Shown: one piece after another, positions 45,484 to 54,848 of the stretch | How the letters are laid out: each line of letters starts with the position of its first letter | Numbering within the stretch: position 1 is the first letter of the stretch | Origin: a virus | Virus record (IMG/VR): IMGVR_UViG_3300036770_005462 | Coordinates: 8,103 to 72,102 of that record | Strand: one strand, 5' to 3' | Length of the DNA stretch: 64,000 nt | Translations under genes and position numbers: made by a program | Notes under the pieces: generated by a model | What the model saw: only the letters and a program-made list of their open reading frames with translations | The model's database searches: none | Told to the model about the DNA's origin: nothing

Positions 45484-45969
45484 TCAAGAGTCGGGGTTAT
45501 CACGGGACGGGCCTTCAATGCGTGCGTTCGATTCCCCTTCTGCTGCCCTTTCGCCATGCTGTCCGGCCGATACAGAAATAATGGACCGCCCTCGGCTAAG
45601 TGACTTGGGGATGTCGGTTTCGCCAGTGAACTGCGTATAAGCGTACTGGACCGCTTTTTCGTGGCCTTCGACGGCTTCTTGCCATGTGGCGTACCGCCAA
45701 CAGGTTTGGTCAAACGAACCTCCAAAAATCATTGTTTCAAACAAGATCGGCGGACCTTCGCCGAAAGAATGGTCTAGTGCTAGAAATACAGTGCTGATCT
45801 GGACGCCAAGAAAGAGTTCGGTAAAAGCTACGCGGCGGTCGTTTTCCCACCACTCATCCGATGGCTTCCAATCGTCTGGGGCTGGTTCAGGAGTCTTGTC
45901 CCACGCCAGCCGCCACCACAGCGGGCGCGTATTCATCCTTGGGTCCTGTGATGTAAAACTTAGCGACAC
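45484..45969 (-). CDS. Hypothetical Trp-rich protein (161 aa)
   Basis: ORF only. Confidence 0.35.
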   Translation of the reverse strand: MSLSFTSQDPRMNTRPLWWRLAWDKTPEPAPDDWKPSDEWWENDRRVAFTELFLGVQISTVFLALDHSFGEGPPILFETMIFGGSFDQTCWRYATWQEAVEGHEKAVQYAYTQFTGETDIPKSLSRGRSIISVSAGQHGERAAEGESNARIEGPSRDNPDS

Positions 45970-46106
45970 GGAACTTCATCTGAGCCTTACGGTGGGCGAT
46001 TTCGGCTTCCGTGGCATTGCGGGGGAGGTGATACGAGCGCTCGTATTTCTCGATGAAGCGCTCGCAGGCTTCGCGGGTCACCCCGCGGTAGTACACGATG
46101 TCGCGG

Positions 46107-46457
46107 TCACCAAACAGTCGTGCGACGGGTGACGGCCCAAGGACCTTCCACGGTCGTTTCTGTTTGTGTGGTGGGCCCTTCAGCGTCTCCTTCTGCGGGA
46201 GGACTCCACGGCGTTGGTCTTTTACTTTTACTAGTTCCTCTTCCCACCAGCTCATTCTTGATTCCTTCAAGAGTGGCGATGCGCTGTTCCAGAAATGCTT
46301 GGCGCGCTCGCAGGGCTGTGTTTTCCTTGTTGATTACAGCAATGGTGGCTAGCAATTCGAGGTTGACGCGACGCATTGACTCGTCACTCCACCAGCGTTT
46401 ATCGCCGGCGTTTATGACGACGGGAAGGAATTCCGCAGGTTCAACGTTTCGTGCCAC
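46107..46457 (-). CDS. Hypothetical protein (116 aa)
   Basis: Overlaps the alternative ORF 45887..46270; which of the two is real is unresolved. Confidence 0.3.
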   Translation of the reverse strand: MARNVEPAEFLPVVINAGDKRWWSDESMRRVNLELLATIAVINKENTALRARQAFLEQRIATLEGIKNELVGRGTSKSKRPTPWSPPAEGDAEGPTTQTETTVEGPWAVTRRTTVW

Positions 46458-46698
46458 TCCGCTGCTTTTCCTCGTCGGCTAGCATCTGAGCCAGCATTTC
46501 TACAGCGTGTTGGTGTTTCTTACGCTGCAAGTATTCGTTGAGTTGCTGGTTACAAAACCATCCCAAAAGGAAGGTATTCCCCAGCATCAAATACATCCAC
46601 GGCTCCGCAGCGTGTTTGTACAGAAAGTGAGCGACCACTGCGGCATTGAAGAATAACAGACCGCCGAGAACGGCGTCTAGCCAAGGGAGCCACTTCAT
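46441..46698 (-). CDS. Small membrane protein (2 TM)
   Basis: Hydrophobic. Confidence 0.4.
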   Translation of the reverse strand: MKWLPWLDAVLGGLLFFNAAVVAHFLYKHAAEPWMYLMLGNTFLLGWFCNQQLNEYLQRKKHQHAVEMLAQMLADEEKQRSGTKR

Positions 46699-46776
46699 GG
46701 GAACTATTTCAGGCTGGGGATCTGGAAGTGCTTCATCATGTCCTGCAGGACCCGAGCGATCTCGGGAACAGGATGT

Positions 46777-47187
46777 TCAGGGGAGGCCGTCTTCTCCAAC
46801 TTCTTGTTTGGCATCTCGTTGTTCGGCGTCTTTGCGGCGGGCCCATTCATCCTCTTGCTCCTTGAAAAAATCGGTGATGTGGTAGGCCAATTCAATGGCC
46901 TGAAAAAAATTCAAATATTCGATGTCGTCAGAGGACTCAGGATTGTAAAGCAGTACTTTGTCGCTATCGAAATTGACTGCTAGCGCTCTTGCTTCATCTG
47001 ATGTACGAGTCAGAAGCCATTGAGATAGCCGCAGCATTTCATTTTTGCTACCGTGAATCACGTTGAATTGCGTGGCGGTGCCGTCGTAGCGCGGTGTGAA
47101 GTCGTCGTTGTCGACGTATCGGCCGATGCAGTAAGGCCGTATACGGCTGACTTCATCGATACGTTGTAGGCGATAGAACGGGCTCAT
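46777..47187 (-). CDS. Hypothetical protein (136 aa)
   Basis: ORF only. Confidence 0.4.
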   Translation of the reverse strand: MSPFYRLQRIDEVSRIRPYCIGRYVDNDDFTPRYDGTATQFNVIHGSKNEMLRLSQWLLTRTSDEARALAVNFDSDKVLLYNPESSDDIEYLNFFQAIELAYHITDFFKEQEDEWARRKDAEQRDAKQEVGEDGLP

Positions 47188-47190
47188 GGC

Positions 47191-47298
47191 TTACCACCCG
47201 TTGCGTTTGCGGCCTCGTTTACTCAGCCGCGAAGCTTTGTACCACAGCAGGATGTAGATCCGGTTGCGGCGCTTTCTGATGCTGTTTCCTCGGGTCAT
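47191..47298 (-). CDS. Possible 35-aa highly basic peptide (MTRGNSIRKRRNRIYILLWYKASRLSKRGRKRNGW)
   Basis: A good SD GGAGAAAAAC sits before the ATG. Not in the ORF track. Confidence 0.3.
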   Translation of the reverse strand: MTRGNSIRKRRNRIYILLWYKASRLSKRGRKRNGW

Positions 47299-47307
47299 GT
47301 TTTTCTC

Positions 47308-47637
47308 CTACGGTTTATCCCTTGCAGGGGATATACGTGATTTATCCCCCGCAAGGGCTTTGATAGCGCAATGACGTACGGCTTGAATGCCGCGCGGTCT
47401 GCCGCATGCGCACGCATCTTTTACAGCGCACATTCCTTGGATGCGATCAAGTGCAGTTCGCAGGCGCTCAATTTCGGCCATGAGTGCCAATTCACGTTCG
47501 GCTCCCATGCCATTTAAGCGAGCTTGTTCTTCTAGCTCGCCCGTAAGTAAATCGTATGTTTCGCTGTTGACGTAGTCTTCTAGCCTGAAGCCGTCAGTGC
47601 CTTCTGCAGTTCTCGCATCTTCCGGTTTGCTCGCCAT
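47308..47637 (-). CDS. Hypothetical protein (109 aa)
   Basis: ORF only. Confidence 0.4.
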   Translation of the reverse strand: MASKPEDARTAEGTDGFRLEDYVNSETYDLLTGELEEQARLNGMGAERELALMAEIERLRTALDRIQGMCAVKDACACGRPRGIQAVRHCAIKALAGDKSRISPARDKP

Positions 47638-47975
47638 GTTCTAGCCCTTTCCGCCATGCTTTTCTTTGGCCGTGGCGCGTCTTTGCCTTCGCCCCAGTGG
47701 TACACGATGATGGTTGGCCTGCCATAGGCATTACGTTCCCATCCACCAATGTGGATGAGTTTGAATTTGTTATGCCAGATGGCAAGCCATTCTCTTACCG
47801 TTTGCGGATGAAGTCCGCTTTCGTCGGCAAGTTCCTGAATCGTGGCATGCCCATGTTCAATCAAGTACTTCAACATCATGCCGTACGACAAAGCGTTGAC
47901 TTTGACTAGGGGCTTACGCCCCGGTGCATGTGGGGCACCAATTTTCATGCCGGCACTTTCTCGACTTCTGCCCAC
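47580..47975 (-). CDS. HTH DNA-binding protein (putative early transcriptional regulator)
   Basis: HTH-like segment ATIQELADESGLHPQTVREWL. Confidence 0.45.
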   Translation of the reverse strand: MGRSRESAGMKIGAPHAPGRKPLVKVNALSYGMMLKYLIEHGHATIQELADESGLHPQTVREWLAIWHNKFKLIHIGGWERNAYGRPTIIVYHWGEGKDAPRPKKSMAERARTWRANRKMRELQKALTASG

Positions 47976-48726
47976 GCTACGGGATGACAGACTTCCTTGG
48001 TGTCGATATCGATGCAGTACGAATACATGCCATCGATATTGCCCAGTCGCAACACTCGACCGGCGTGATACTTGCCAATGTCGGGTGGCGCGTTAGTGTC
48101 TTCGATAAGACGGAAGTGATCACCACTATCTAAGTCGTACAGCTTCATGGTCGTCTAGCGATGTAACCTTGCGGCTCATCGTCCTCGGATTGCAACTTTT
48201 GAAACTCTTCATTTGCTTTGTTTTTATCTTCAAAGCAATACCGCTTGCTCCACCCCCACCGGTCGCAGCCGACGTAAACCGCCCGAGTAAATAGCAAATC
48301 CCCGATTGCGGCGATAGAGCCGTCGGGGAGAATTCGTACTTCTCGATATTCCTGTCGAAGCCATTCGACAAGTTCAATGCACTCGGGCGTTGTTCTCGTC
48401 GGCGGTGTGGTAGGTGTGGTTTTCTTCGGACTCTTTGTCTCCGCTGGTGAAACCGGCCGGATCGACTCCGATGATGTGTTCTGGTCCGAATCGGACTTCG
48501 TCGTCATATTCCAGCCCGTGTGCGTCAGTGTTAACGAGATCGTTGCGCACAACGCCAACGAACCGGTTGTCTTCGATGGCTGTAATAGCGACCCAAAAAC
48601 GCTCACCGCCGCCTTTGGCTTTCACACCGATCTTGACCATATCGCCAACGCTTGCGCCGTAGCGATAGATCCAGCCGGGAATCTCGAAGGTGGCGGGATG
48701 CAGTGCGGCCATTTCCTCGCCATTGA

Positions 48727-48996
48727 TCAGTTCGTACACAGTTCCTTCTCCTTCTCTGTGACGATATCGGTTTTGGGGCCGGCGATGGGCTGCAAAGCGA
48801 ATTCCGGACCGCGGTCCCATAACCGGCGATAAAGTTGAATGCCGGGAGAAAACGTCCACCACAGATCTTTTTTACCCCGCTTGCCGGTGTAATACTCCGG
48901 ACAGGAACAACGCTCGCCAAGAGTGACGAGCTTGCCGTTGTGCTGAGGATATTTCGGCGTGTGGACGATACAGATGACGCCCGGGGCATGTTTCAT
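48727..48996 (-). CDS. Hypothetical Cys-containing small protein (89 aa)
   Basis: ORF only. Confidence 0.35.
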   Translation of the reverse strand: MKHAPGVICIVHTPKYPQHNGKLVTLGERCSCPEYYTGKRGKKDLWWTFSPGIQLYRRLWDRGPEFALQPIAGPKTDIVTEKEKELCTN

Positions 48997-49004
48997 TTCT
49001 CCCC

Positions 49005-49178
49005 CTAACTACTGCGGCGAGCGGTGCCTTCTTCGGGAGACCGCTTTAGGGTTTCTTCCTTCTGCGGCGGCTTCGACTCTTCCTTATTGCTAGTGACGAA
49101 TCCGCTGACTATCGCGATGAGAATGCCAGCGATAGCTAGCATAATCAGTACTTCGATGATGGTGAATCCGCGTTTCAT
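49005..49178 (-). CDS. Type IV pilin/pseudopilin-like small protein (57 aa) with a prepilin N-terminal motif
   Basis: MKRGFTIIEVLIMLAIAGILIAIV matches the prepilin cleavage/methylation motif (G-F-T-[LI]-I-E). Its ATG overlaps the SPFH stop (ATGA). Not in the ORF track because it is under 60 aa. Confidence 0.5.
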   Translation of the reverse strand: MKRGFTIIEVLIMLAIAGILIAIVSGFVTSNKEESKPPQKEETLKRSPEEGTARRSS

Positions 49179-49987
49179 TTGCCAACCCCTTGTAGGTTGA
49201 TGAAAGGCAAAGCACCGCTACCGAAGTTATAGTTCGGCAGCTTGCCGTCCCACTTCTGTACCGCTTCATACTCGACCAGCTTCGGATTTGATGCTAGTGC
49301 ATTGGCGCGGATACGCATCGATTCCGCTTGTGCTTGTGCTGTGATGACCGCTTGCTTGGCTTGTTCCTGCACTTGCACAGTTTTGTTCTTCTCTTCGATG
49401 GCGCGTTGCACAGCCACGACCTTGTCTTCGACCGATTTCTCGAATTCCTTGTGATACTGGATGTTCACGAGCTCGATGCGGTCGAAGATGACGTTGCGAG
49501 TTGCAAGTGCTTCGGTGATAGCGGTTTGAATCTCCGCTGTAGCTTTAGCTCGATGTTCGATCAGGTCGACGGCGTCGTAAGTGCCGATTACCTGCTTCAT
49601 GATGCCGCTGACTACTTGCGGAACTAGAGCGGTTTCCCACTGGCGTCCCACGTCCCGATAGACCGTGTGCGCCTCATTCGGATTCAGATGGAAGTTCATC
49701 ACGTACTTGATGTCCGCTTGCTGGACATCCTTGGTGTACGTGTTGGCGGTACCGTCCCACTTCTGCACTTGCACGTTGATCTCGACAATCTTCGTGGTAA
49801 GCGGATTGAAGAAGTACAGCCCCTCGGTCAAGGAGCCCGCTTCTTTGTCGACTTCACCGAAGCGGATTTGCACGCCACGGTGTCCCGTGTCGACCTGTTC
49901 GACACCGGCACAGCCGCCGATGACGCCCGCAAGCAGAACGATGGACAACAGTCCACCGATGGCGAGCCATTTCCCCATGCCTTCCAT
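49175..49987 (-). CDS. SPFH/band-7 (stomatin/prohibitin/HflKC-like) membrane protein
   Basis: N-terminal TM followed by the SPFH core (GHRGVQIRFGEV...TKDVQQADIKYVMNF...) and a C-terminal coiled coil. Confidence 0.65.
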   Translation of the reverse strand: MEGMGKWLAIGGLLSIVLLAGVIGGCAGVEQVDTGHRGVQIRFGEVDKEAGSLTEGLYFFNPLTTKIVEINVQVQKWDGTANTYTKDVQQADIKYVMNFHLNPNEAHTVYRDVGRQWETALVPQVVSGIMKQVIGTYDAVDLIEHRAKATAEIQTAITEALATRNVIFDRIELVNIQYHKEFEKSVEDKVVAVQRAIEEKNKTVQVQEQAKQAVITAQAQAESMRIRANALASNPKLVEYEAVQKWDGKLPNYNFGSGALPFINLQGVGK

Positions 49988-49989
49988 GC

Positions 49990-50094
49990 TTACTTCCTTT
50001 TGTTTGTGGGTTGAAAGACCGCGGCGACCAGCAGACCAACCGCAACGCCGACGCCGAAGAGAATTGCGCCGACAAAAACAGAACCGAGGACCAT
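49990..50094 (-). CDS. 34-aa single-TM peptide (MVLGSVFVGAILFGVGVAVGLLVAAVFQPTNKRK) translationally coupled upstream of the SPFH gene
   Basis: SD GGAGAAACCTC precedes the ATG. Its TAA stop is followed 2 nt later by the SPFH ATG. Not in the ORF track. Confidence 0.45.
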   Translation of the reverse strand: MVLGSVFVGAILFGVGVAVGLLVAAVFQPTNKRK

Positions 50095-50382
50095 GAGGTT
50101 TCTCCGTTGATGAATTCTTGCCAGTTACCCTCGTCTGGCGGCTGCGCGTTGAGGAATCGGCGGGGCCCCGCTATTCCGCGGCAGTCGGGGAAGGTGGACA
50201 AATAGGAGGGTACACACCCCCGCCGATGTTTCTGTCTATCGGTCAGAGACAGAGGGTTCACGTCCGAAGACAGTACCCACAACGATCAGACTTTCGGTGC
50301 TGACCAACCGAGAGGCGGAGACTGCCGCATCAGATCCGGGCATCCGATCCCGGCAACGGAGGGTTCTAATAGCACCCACAAC

Positions 50383-50793
50383 TCAGGAGGCCCGGGCCAT
50401 CGAAGGCATGCGGCTGTCCACATCGGACTCCGCAGGGGCCGAAACTTGTTCGACCAGCTCGATCAGTTCATTCAGCTGGCGTTGTAGTTCAGCGTTCTCC
50501 TGCTCCTGAATGTAGAACGCTCGCATCAGTCCGCCGGACACGAAACCTGCCAGACCGACCAGCACCATGGTCTCGATAGCCCAGTGCAGCAATCCGGGGC
50601 CGGCGAATATAACAAGCCCGAGGCTCACCCAGTGAGACATGCAATAAGGGCAGCTGAACAAGTAGTGCAGCATGTCCCACTGCCGCAGCTTCAGATGCGT
50701 CCTGATCGGTTCCGTAATGTGCGTTTTGGTGATCGTGAAGGAGATCGCTCCCGCGGCGACTCCCAGTGCCAGTAGCGTCAGCCATTCCATGAT
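50383..50793 (-). CDS. Membrane protein (about 135 aa, likely start MEWLTLL) with a C-terminal coiled coil
   Basis: Multi-TM N-terminus containing an SCPYC motif. Its ATG lies 3 nt after the stop of the upstream K/E-rich gene. Confidence 0.45.
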   Translation of the reverse strand: MMEWLTLLALGVAAGAISFTITKTHITEPIRTHLKLRQWDMLHYLFSCPYCMSHWVSLGLVIFAGPGLLHWAIETMVLVGLAGFVSGGLMRAFYIQEQENAELQRQLNELIELVEQVSAPAESDVDSRMPSMARAS

Positions 50794-50799
50794 CACCGT

Positions 50800-51005
50800 C
50801 CGCAGCAACTGCGCCCGCAGCACAGGAACTCGCGCTCGCGGGCGCGTTTGGCCTTGCGCTCTTCTTCCTCGCGCTTGGCGCGTTTGGCCGCTTCGATGGC
50901 TTTCGCACGGGCTTCGGCGACTTTGGCAAGCAGCACTTCGTCGGCAGACAGCTCGGTTTCGGGTTTGGGAGCGTCGCCTTCGTTAGGCTTGCGCTGTTTC
51001 AACAT
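50800..51005 (-). CDS. Small K/E/R-rich protein ending in a CCGRSCCGR motif (about 67 aa from MLKQRK)
   Basis: Its start (ATG) is adjacent to the AAA ATPase stop (TGAACATG). It has a charged helical body and a C-terminal CC-x3-CC. Confidence 0.4.
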
Positions 51006-52419
51006 GTTCAACGGTCCTTGTGTGATGCAATGCGTTAAGAGCCGCAATTTCACGCGGGCCCGCAAAGTCAGTCAGGGCCTCGCTGTGATCGACGTTGGTG
51101 TTGGCGATGAAGATGGACTTGACTGCCCGATGAACGTCGTCCGGCAGGACTCCGCTTGCCTTCGACGAACCCGCCGCAAGGTCGCGGTGGAGCGCATTGC
51201 TGGTTGCGTGTTCAACCGCTCCCACGATAAGCGCTCCACTGACCAGATGGGAGAGGCAAAAGCGACTCCGAGTCCGGTCCGAGAATGCGACGTCGTAATA
51301 CGCATGCTCAGGAGCGAAAAGCGCGTCGGTGAGCGTAGAAGCAAGGCTCGGCACGTCATGACCTTCTGCAATCGTGGTGGTTGAGAAGGCGAGCCGGGCA
51401 ATTTCCAGTGTTGAACGAATATCGGGACGCGATACGCGTATCTTTCGATCCATGCGGCCTTCGCGCGTGATGGCGCTGTCCAGAGACGACGCGCGGTTAG
51501 TCGCGACGACAACAATCGCGCCATTTTCGTCGAGCCCATCCATCTCAGCCAGAAATGTCGGGACAACGGTTTTTTCCATGAACGCATGACGATTGCTTCG
51601 GGAGCCAAGAAGGGCATCTGCTTCATCGATGAAAATCACGGCTGGTGTGCCGGTCTCCTTCTGATGGAATCGGGCGTCGGCGAAGATATCGCGAATGCGC
51701 GACTCCGTCACGCCGACGTACTCGTTCAGCAGTTCTGCGCCTTTGATGTAGATAAAACGGGTTTTTGTGCCGCCAACAGCCGTGGCGAGTGCCTTGCCCA
51801 GCATGGTCTTGCCGCAGCCGGGCGGGCCTTCGAGTAGCACGCCTTTGATGGGGCGCTTGCCGTAGCCTTTGTACAGCTCCGGATACTTCCGCGGTAATTC
51901 GACGGCCTCGATCAGTGCCAGCTTGGCGTCGTGAGCCCCGCCGATGTCATCCCACGTGACGTTGGTTGACGCCGTGAAGATGTATTGCTCGGCCTTGTTG
52001 GGGTAGTGCGCCACGATCACCATGCCGTTGGTGTCGAGGACAACCTTGTCGCCTTCCTTGATGGTCTTGCCGAAGCTGCCACGCAAGACGGTGCGTTCCA
52101 TGCCGTTGATGCTGATCTCGACGATCTGGCCGTCGAGTTCACGAGTCACTGGCACCAGCTCGCCCATGCGCGCCGGAAAATCCAGATGATCGACATATTG
52201 CATCGATTTGGGATGCAGCAGAATGCTGTCGCCGGAAGCAACCGCGGCTTCCTTGGGTTTGCCGATCCGGAGCATAGCTCCGCCGGCAGCGATCAACATG
52301 TATGTCTTGCCGGTGGCAAGCACAGTTCCGACAGGCAACGGAGCTTGTGCAATCCGTTCCAGTTCGCCTGACAGTTCTTCGACTTGAGACTGCAACTCCT
52401 TGACAGCGGTAGCGCTCAT
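50983..52419 (-). CDS. Classical-clade AAA+ ATPase with an N-terminal coiled coil and an OB-like domain (PAN/ARC/Mpa-like architecture)
   Basis: N-terminal coiled coil (ELQSQVEELSGELERI), beta-rich interdomain, Walker A GPPGCGKT, Walker B IIFIDEAD, and second region of homology (SRH) ATNRASSLDSAITREGRMDRKI. There is no C-terminal HbYX motif. Confidence 0.7.
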   Translation of the reverse strand: MSATAVKELQSQVEELSGELERIAQAPLPVGTVLATGKTYMLIAAGGAMLRIGKPKEAAVASGDSILLHPKSMQYVDHLDFPARMGELVPVTRELDGQIVEISINGMERTVLRGSFGKTIKEGDKVVLDTNGMVIVAHYPNKAEQYIFTASTNVTWDDIGGAHDAKLALIEAVELPRKYPELYKGYGKRPIKGVLLEGPPGCGKTMLGKALATAVGGTKTRFIYIKGAELLNEYVGVTESRIRDIFADARFHQKETGTPAVIFIDEADALLGSRSNRHAFMEKTVVPTFLAEMDGLDENGAIVVVATNRASSLDSAITREGRMDRKIRVSRPDIRSTLEIARLAFSTTTIAEGHDVPSLASTLTDALFAPEHAYYDVAFSDRTRSRFCLSHLVSGALIVGAVEHATSNALHRDLAAGSSKASGVLPDDVHRAVKSIFIANTNVDHSEALTDFAGPREIAALNALHHTRTVEHVETAQA

Positions 52420-52659
52420 TCAACTCCCCGGTTGAAAGTAATGCGATAGAAATGCCGGTCTCTCCCGGCTGTCTCCACTTCATTCTGTATCACAGGGTCG
52501 TGTACCAGCTTCTACGCCGGGCACGCGGGATCTGTGCTTTACCCCTCGGGGTCTGTTCTGCCGTCCCACAGCAGCGAGGGGGGAATAGGGTGGGCTACTC
52601 CAACAACGGGGATACTGTGGGGAGCGCTACCGCCCGCCGCCGTTTCGCCCGTTGTACGT

Positions 52660-54056
52660 CTAGTGACTTTCCGTGGTCATCACATCGCGAACGATGTTGC
52701 GGAACTGGCTGTCGAGGCTCGGCAGCTTCTCGGGGCCGCGATCCTTGTTGAGCAGGCGCAGCTGGCCCTGCATCGTGGACGCGGCTTCGATCAGTGCGGC
52801 TTCGGTCAGCATCTTGACCTTCTCGCCGGGCTTCTGCAGCGACAGCTGCGACAACTTCGCCCGCTTGACGACTTCCGCGATCACCGCGGGGATCGTGCCG
52901 GACAGCAGTTCGCCGACCTTGTGCAGGTCGGTGTCCTTGGCCAGCCGGTCGCCTGCGTAGACACGCAGGAGTTTCTCGACGGCAGGACCGTCAGGTTCGG
53001 CCACTTCGATCACGGCGTCGAGACGCCCCGGGCGCAGCATTGCCGGGTTGATGTTTTCGAGGTGGTTCGACGTCAGGATCACCATGATGTTCGCCGACTT
53101 GGTGTCGATGCCATCAATGATGTTCAAGATGTCGTCCATTTCCACCGTGCGTTCGCCGTTGAGCGAGCGGTCGATGTCTTCGCAGAAGATCGCTGCCGCC
53201 GGCTCTTGGTACTGCTTGGCGAAGCTCACTGCGTCGGCCAGTTCGTCGGCACGGCCGACGTAGATGAACGTCACGCCAGCCTCGACTGCGCGTTTGGCGG
53301 CAACTTTCGCTGCCAGTGTCTTGCCGGTGCCGTATTTGCCGCCGAGCAGCACACCGCGCTTGATCGGAATGCCGTTGGCCTTCAGGTCCTTGTGTCGCGT
53401 GATCGGCGTGAACAAGTTCACGTTGATCGAATTCTCGACTTCTTCAGGGAAGACCATCAGCGACTCGTCGACGTCGTCGTGCCGCATGAATTTCGGTTCC
53501 GGCATCGCCAGCCGGTCGCCATCTTCGTCGGTGAAGCGGATCTTGATGGCTTGACCGCGGTAGATCGAGTTCAGCTTCAGATACTCGCGCACTTCCTTGT
53601 ACAGCGCTTTGACGGTGTCTTCGTCCTTGCGCTTGACACTGGCGACGAGCGCGAAGCAGAGCAGGCCATCTTTCTTGTTGGCATCGCACTGCACGTAACC
53701 GTCTTGAATCGTCGGCATGCTGAACCGGCCCCACGGGACGTTGTGCATCTTCCCGGGTCCGATCTCGATGGCGATCATCTGCGGCGGTTGCTTGCCGAAA
53801 AAGCTCGGAACACCTTCCGCCGCGGCCCAGCCGAACTTCTGACGCAGGACTTGTTCCAGCGCGTAAGCGCCGTCCCACGGGAAGACGTTGAACGTCTCGT
53901 TGATGACGACCGGCTCTTCGAGGTACTTCAGCCGGCGATTCAGCAGATCGATGGCGTCCGGAATCTTCATCTTCTCCGGAAGAATCAGTTGCTCGCCGGC
54001 ATGAACAACTTCAGCGACGACAACTTTGGGGCCTTTCTTTTCCAACGTTTCACCCA
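52660..54056 (-). CDS. Second classical AAA+ ATPase with a roughly 250-aa N-terminal domain (likely start MGETLEKK, SD AAGGAG)
   Basis: Walker A GGKYGTGKT, Walker B IFCEDID, and SRH SNHLENINPAMLRPGRLD. The ORF-track start at 54153 is probably an upstream in-frame extension. Confidence 0.7.
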
Positions 54057-54210
54057 TGTGGGCGCTCCTTTTGTGAGTGGAACTACATGACAAGACGCAC
54101 GGCAGGTTTTGCCGACGTTTCCTTCGTGGTCCGCGTAAGCTCGTGCGGTCCAAACTTCGTGAATAGAATTACGATGAAGACGAAGAGCCAGAAAAGAGAG
54201 GCTCCAACGA

Positions 54211-54597
54211 CTACGTCGATGACGGTGATTTTCGAACGCGTTTTACGAGTCGCGGCAGATACTTCGTTTTCAAGATTTGCGCGATCTCTTTGAAGCTGCG
54301 GCCACCGTCGTTCAGCTCGATCAATTCGTCGCGGTCCTCGATGGACAGTCCCAGCTGACGAACTAAGGTAGTGGGCGGATGAGTGTCGTCGCCGTTGTAG
54401 GTGTAGTCCCCGTACTCGTCCTTGACCCATTTCTTGCCTCCTTGATGGGTATGAAGATCGATGGCCACGCCCCAGACGCAAAACTCTCCGTCGGCGTTGT
54501 GCAATGTGCCGTCGCACTGTTGGTATTGGCCGCTTTCGAGCGCGCAGATCCATTGCTTCAGACGACACACCCGGGGGTGCTCTTTCAAATTACCCAT
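54211..54597 (-). CDS. Hypothetical Cys/His-containing protein (128 aa)
   Basis: SD GGGAGAAATTACGC precedes the ATG. Confidence 0.45.
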   Translation of the reverse strand: MGNLKEHPRVCRLKQWICALESGQYQQCDGTLHNADGEFCVWGVAIDLHTHQGGKKWVKDEYGDYTYNGDDTHPPTTLVRQLGLSIEDRDELIELNDGGRSFKEIAQILKTKYLPRLVKRVRKSPSST

Positions 54598-54848
54598 GCG
54601 TAATTTCTCCCGTCTTGGATTTGTCGAATGGCGTGATGAGTAACGCCATATTGTGCAGCGATGACTTTTACGGGGCGTCGATCTGCACGAATCTCACGTA
54701 CTTGACGTTCAGTGAATCGACGCGGGGCCCATGTCTTTGGGCCTGCTTTTTCCAGCAACTCGTTGCCATGCTTCGAGTTGTTGACGTCACGAATCTTCAA
54801 GACACTGCTTGCAGTCTTGTTACCCATGTTCAGGCAGTCGGCTTCCAA
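54585..54848 (-). CDS. Small HTH protein (87 aa)
   Basis: HTH-like segment KVIAAQYGVTHHAIRQI. Confidence 0.4.
   Translation of the reverse strand: MEADCLNMGNKTASSVLKIRDVNNSKHGNELLEKAGPKTWAPRRFTERQVREIRADRRPVKVIAAQYGVTHHAIRQIQDGRNYAWVI

Noticed and set aside
45887-46270. 127-aa minus ORF overlapping 46107..46457 by about 150 bp
   Set aside because: The two frames cannot both be full length. Neither has distinguishing motifs. Only one is listed, with low confidence, and the other is noted as an unresolved alternative.
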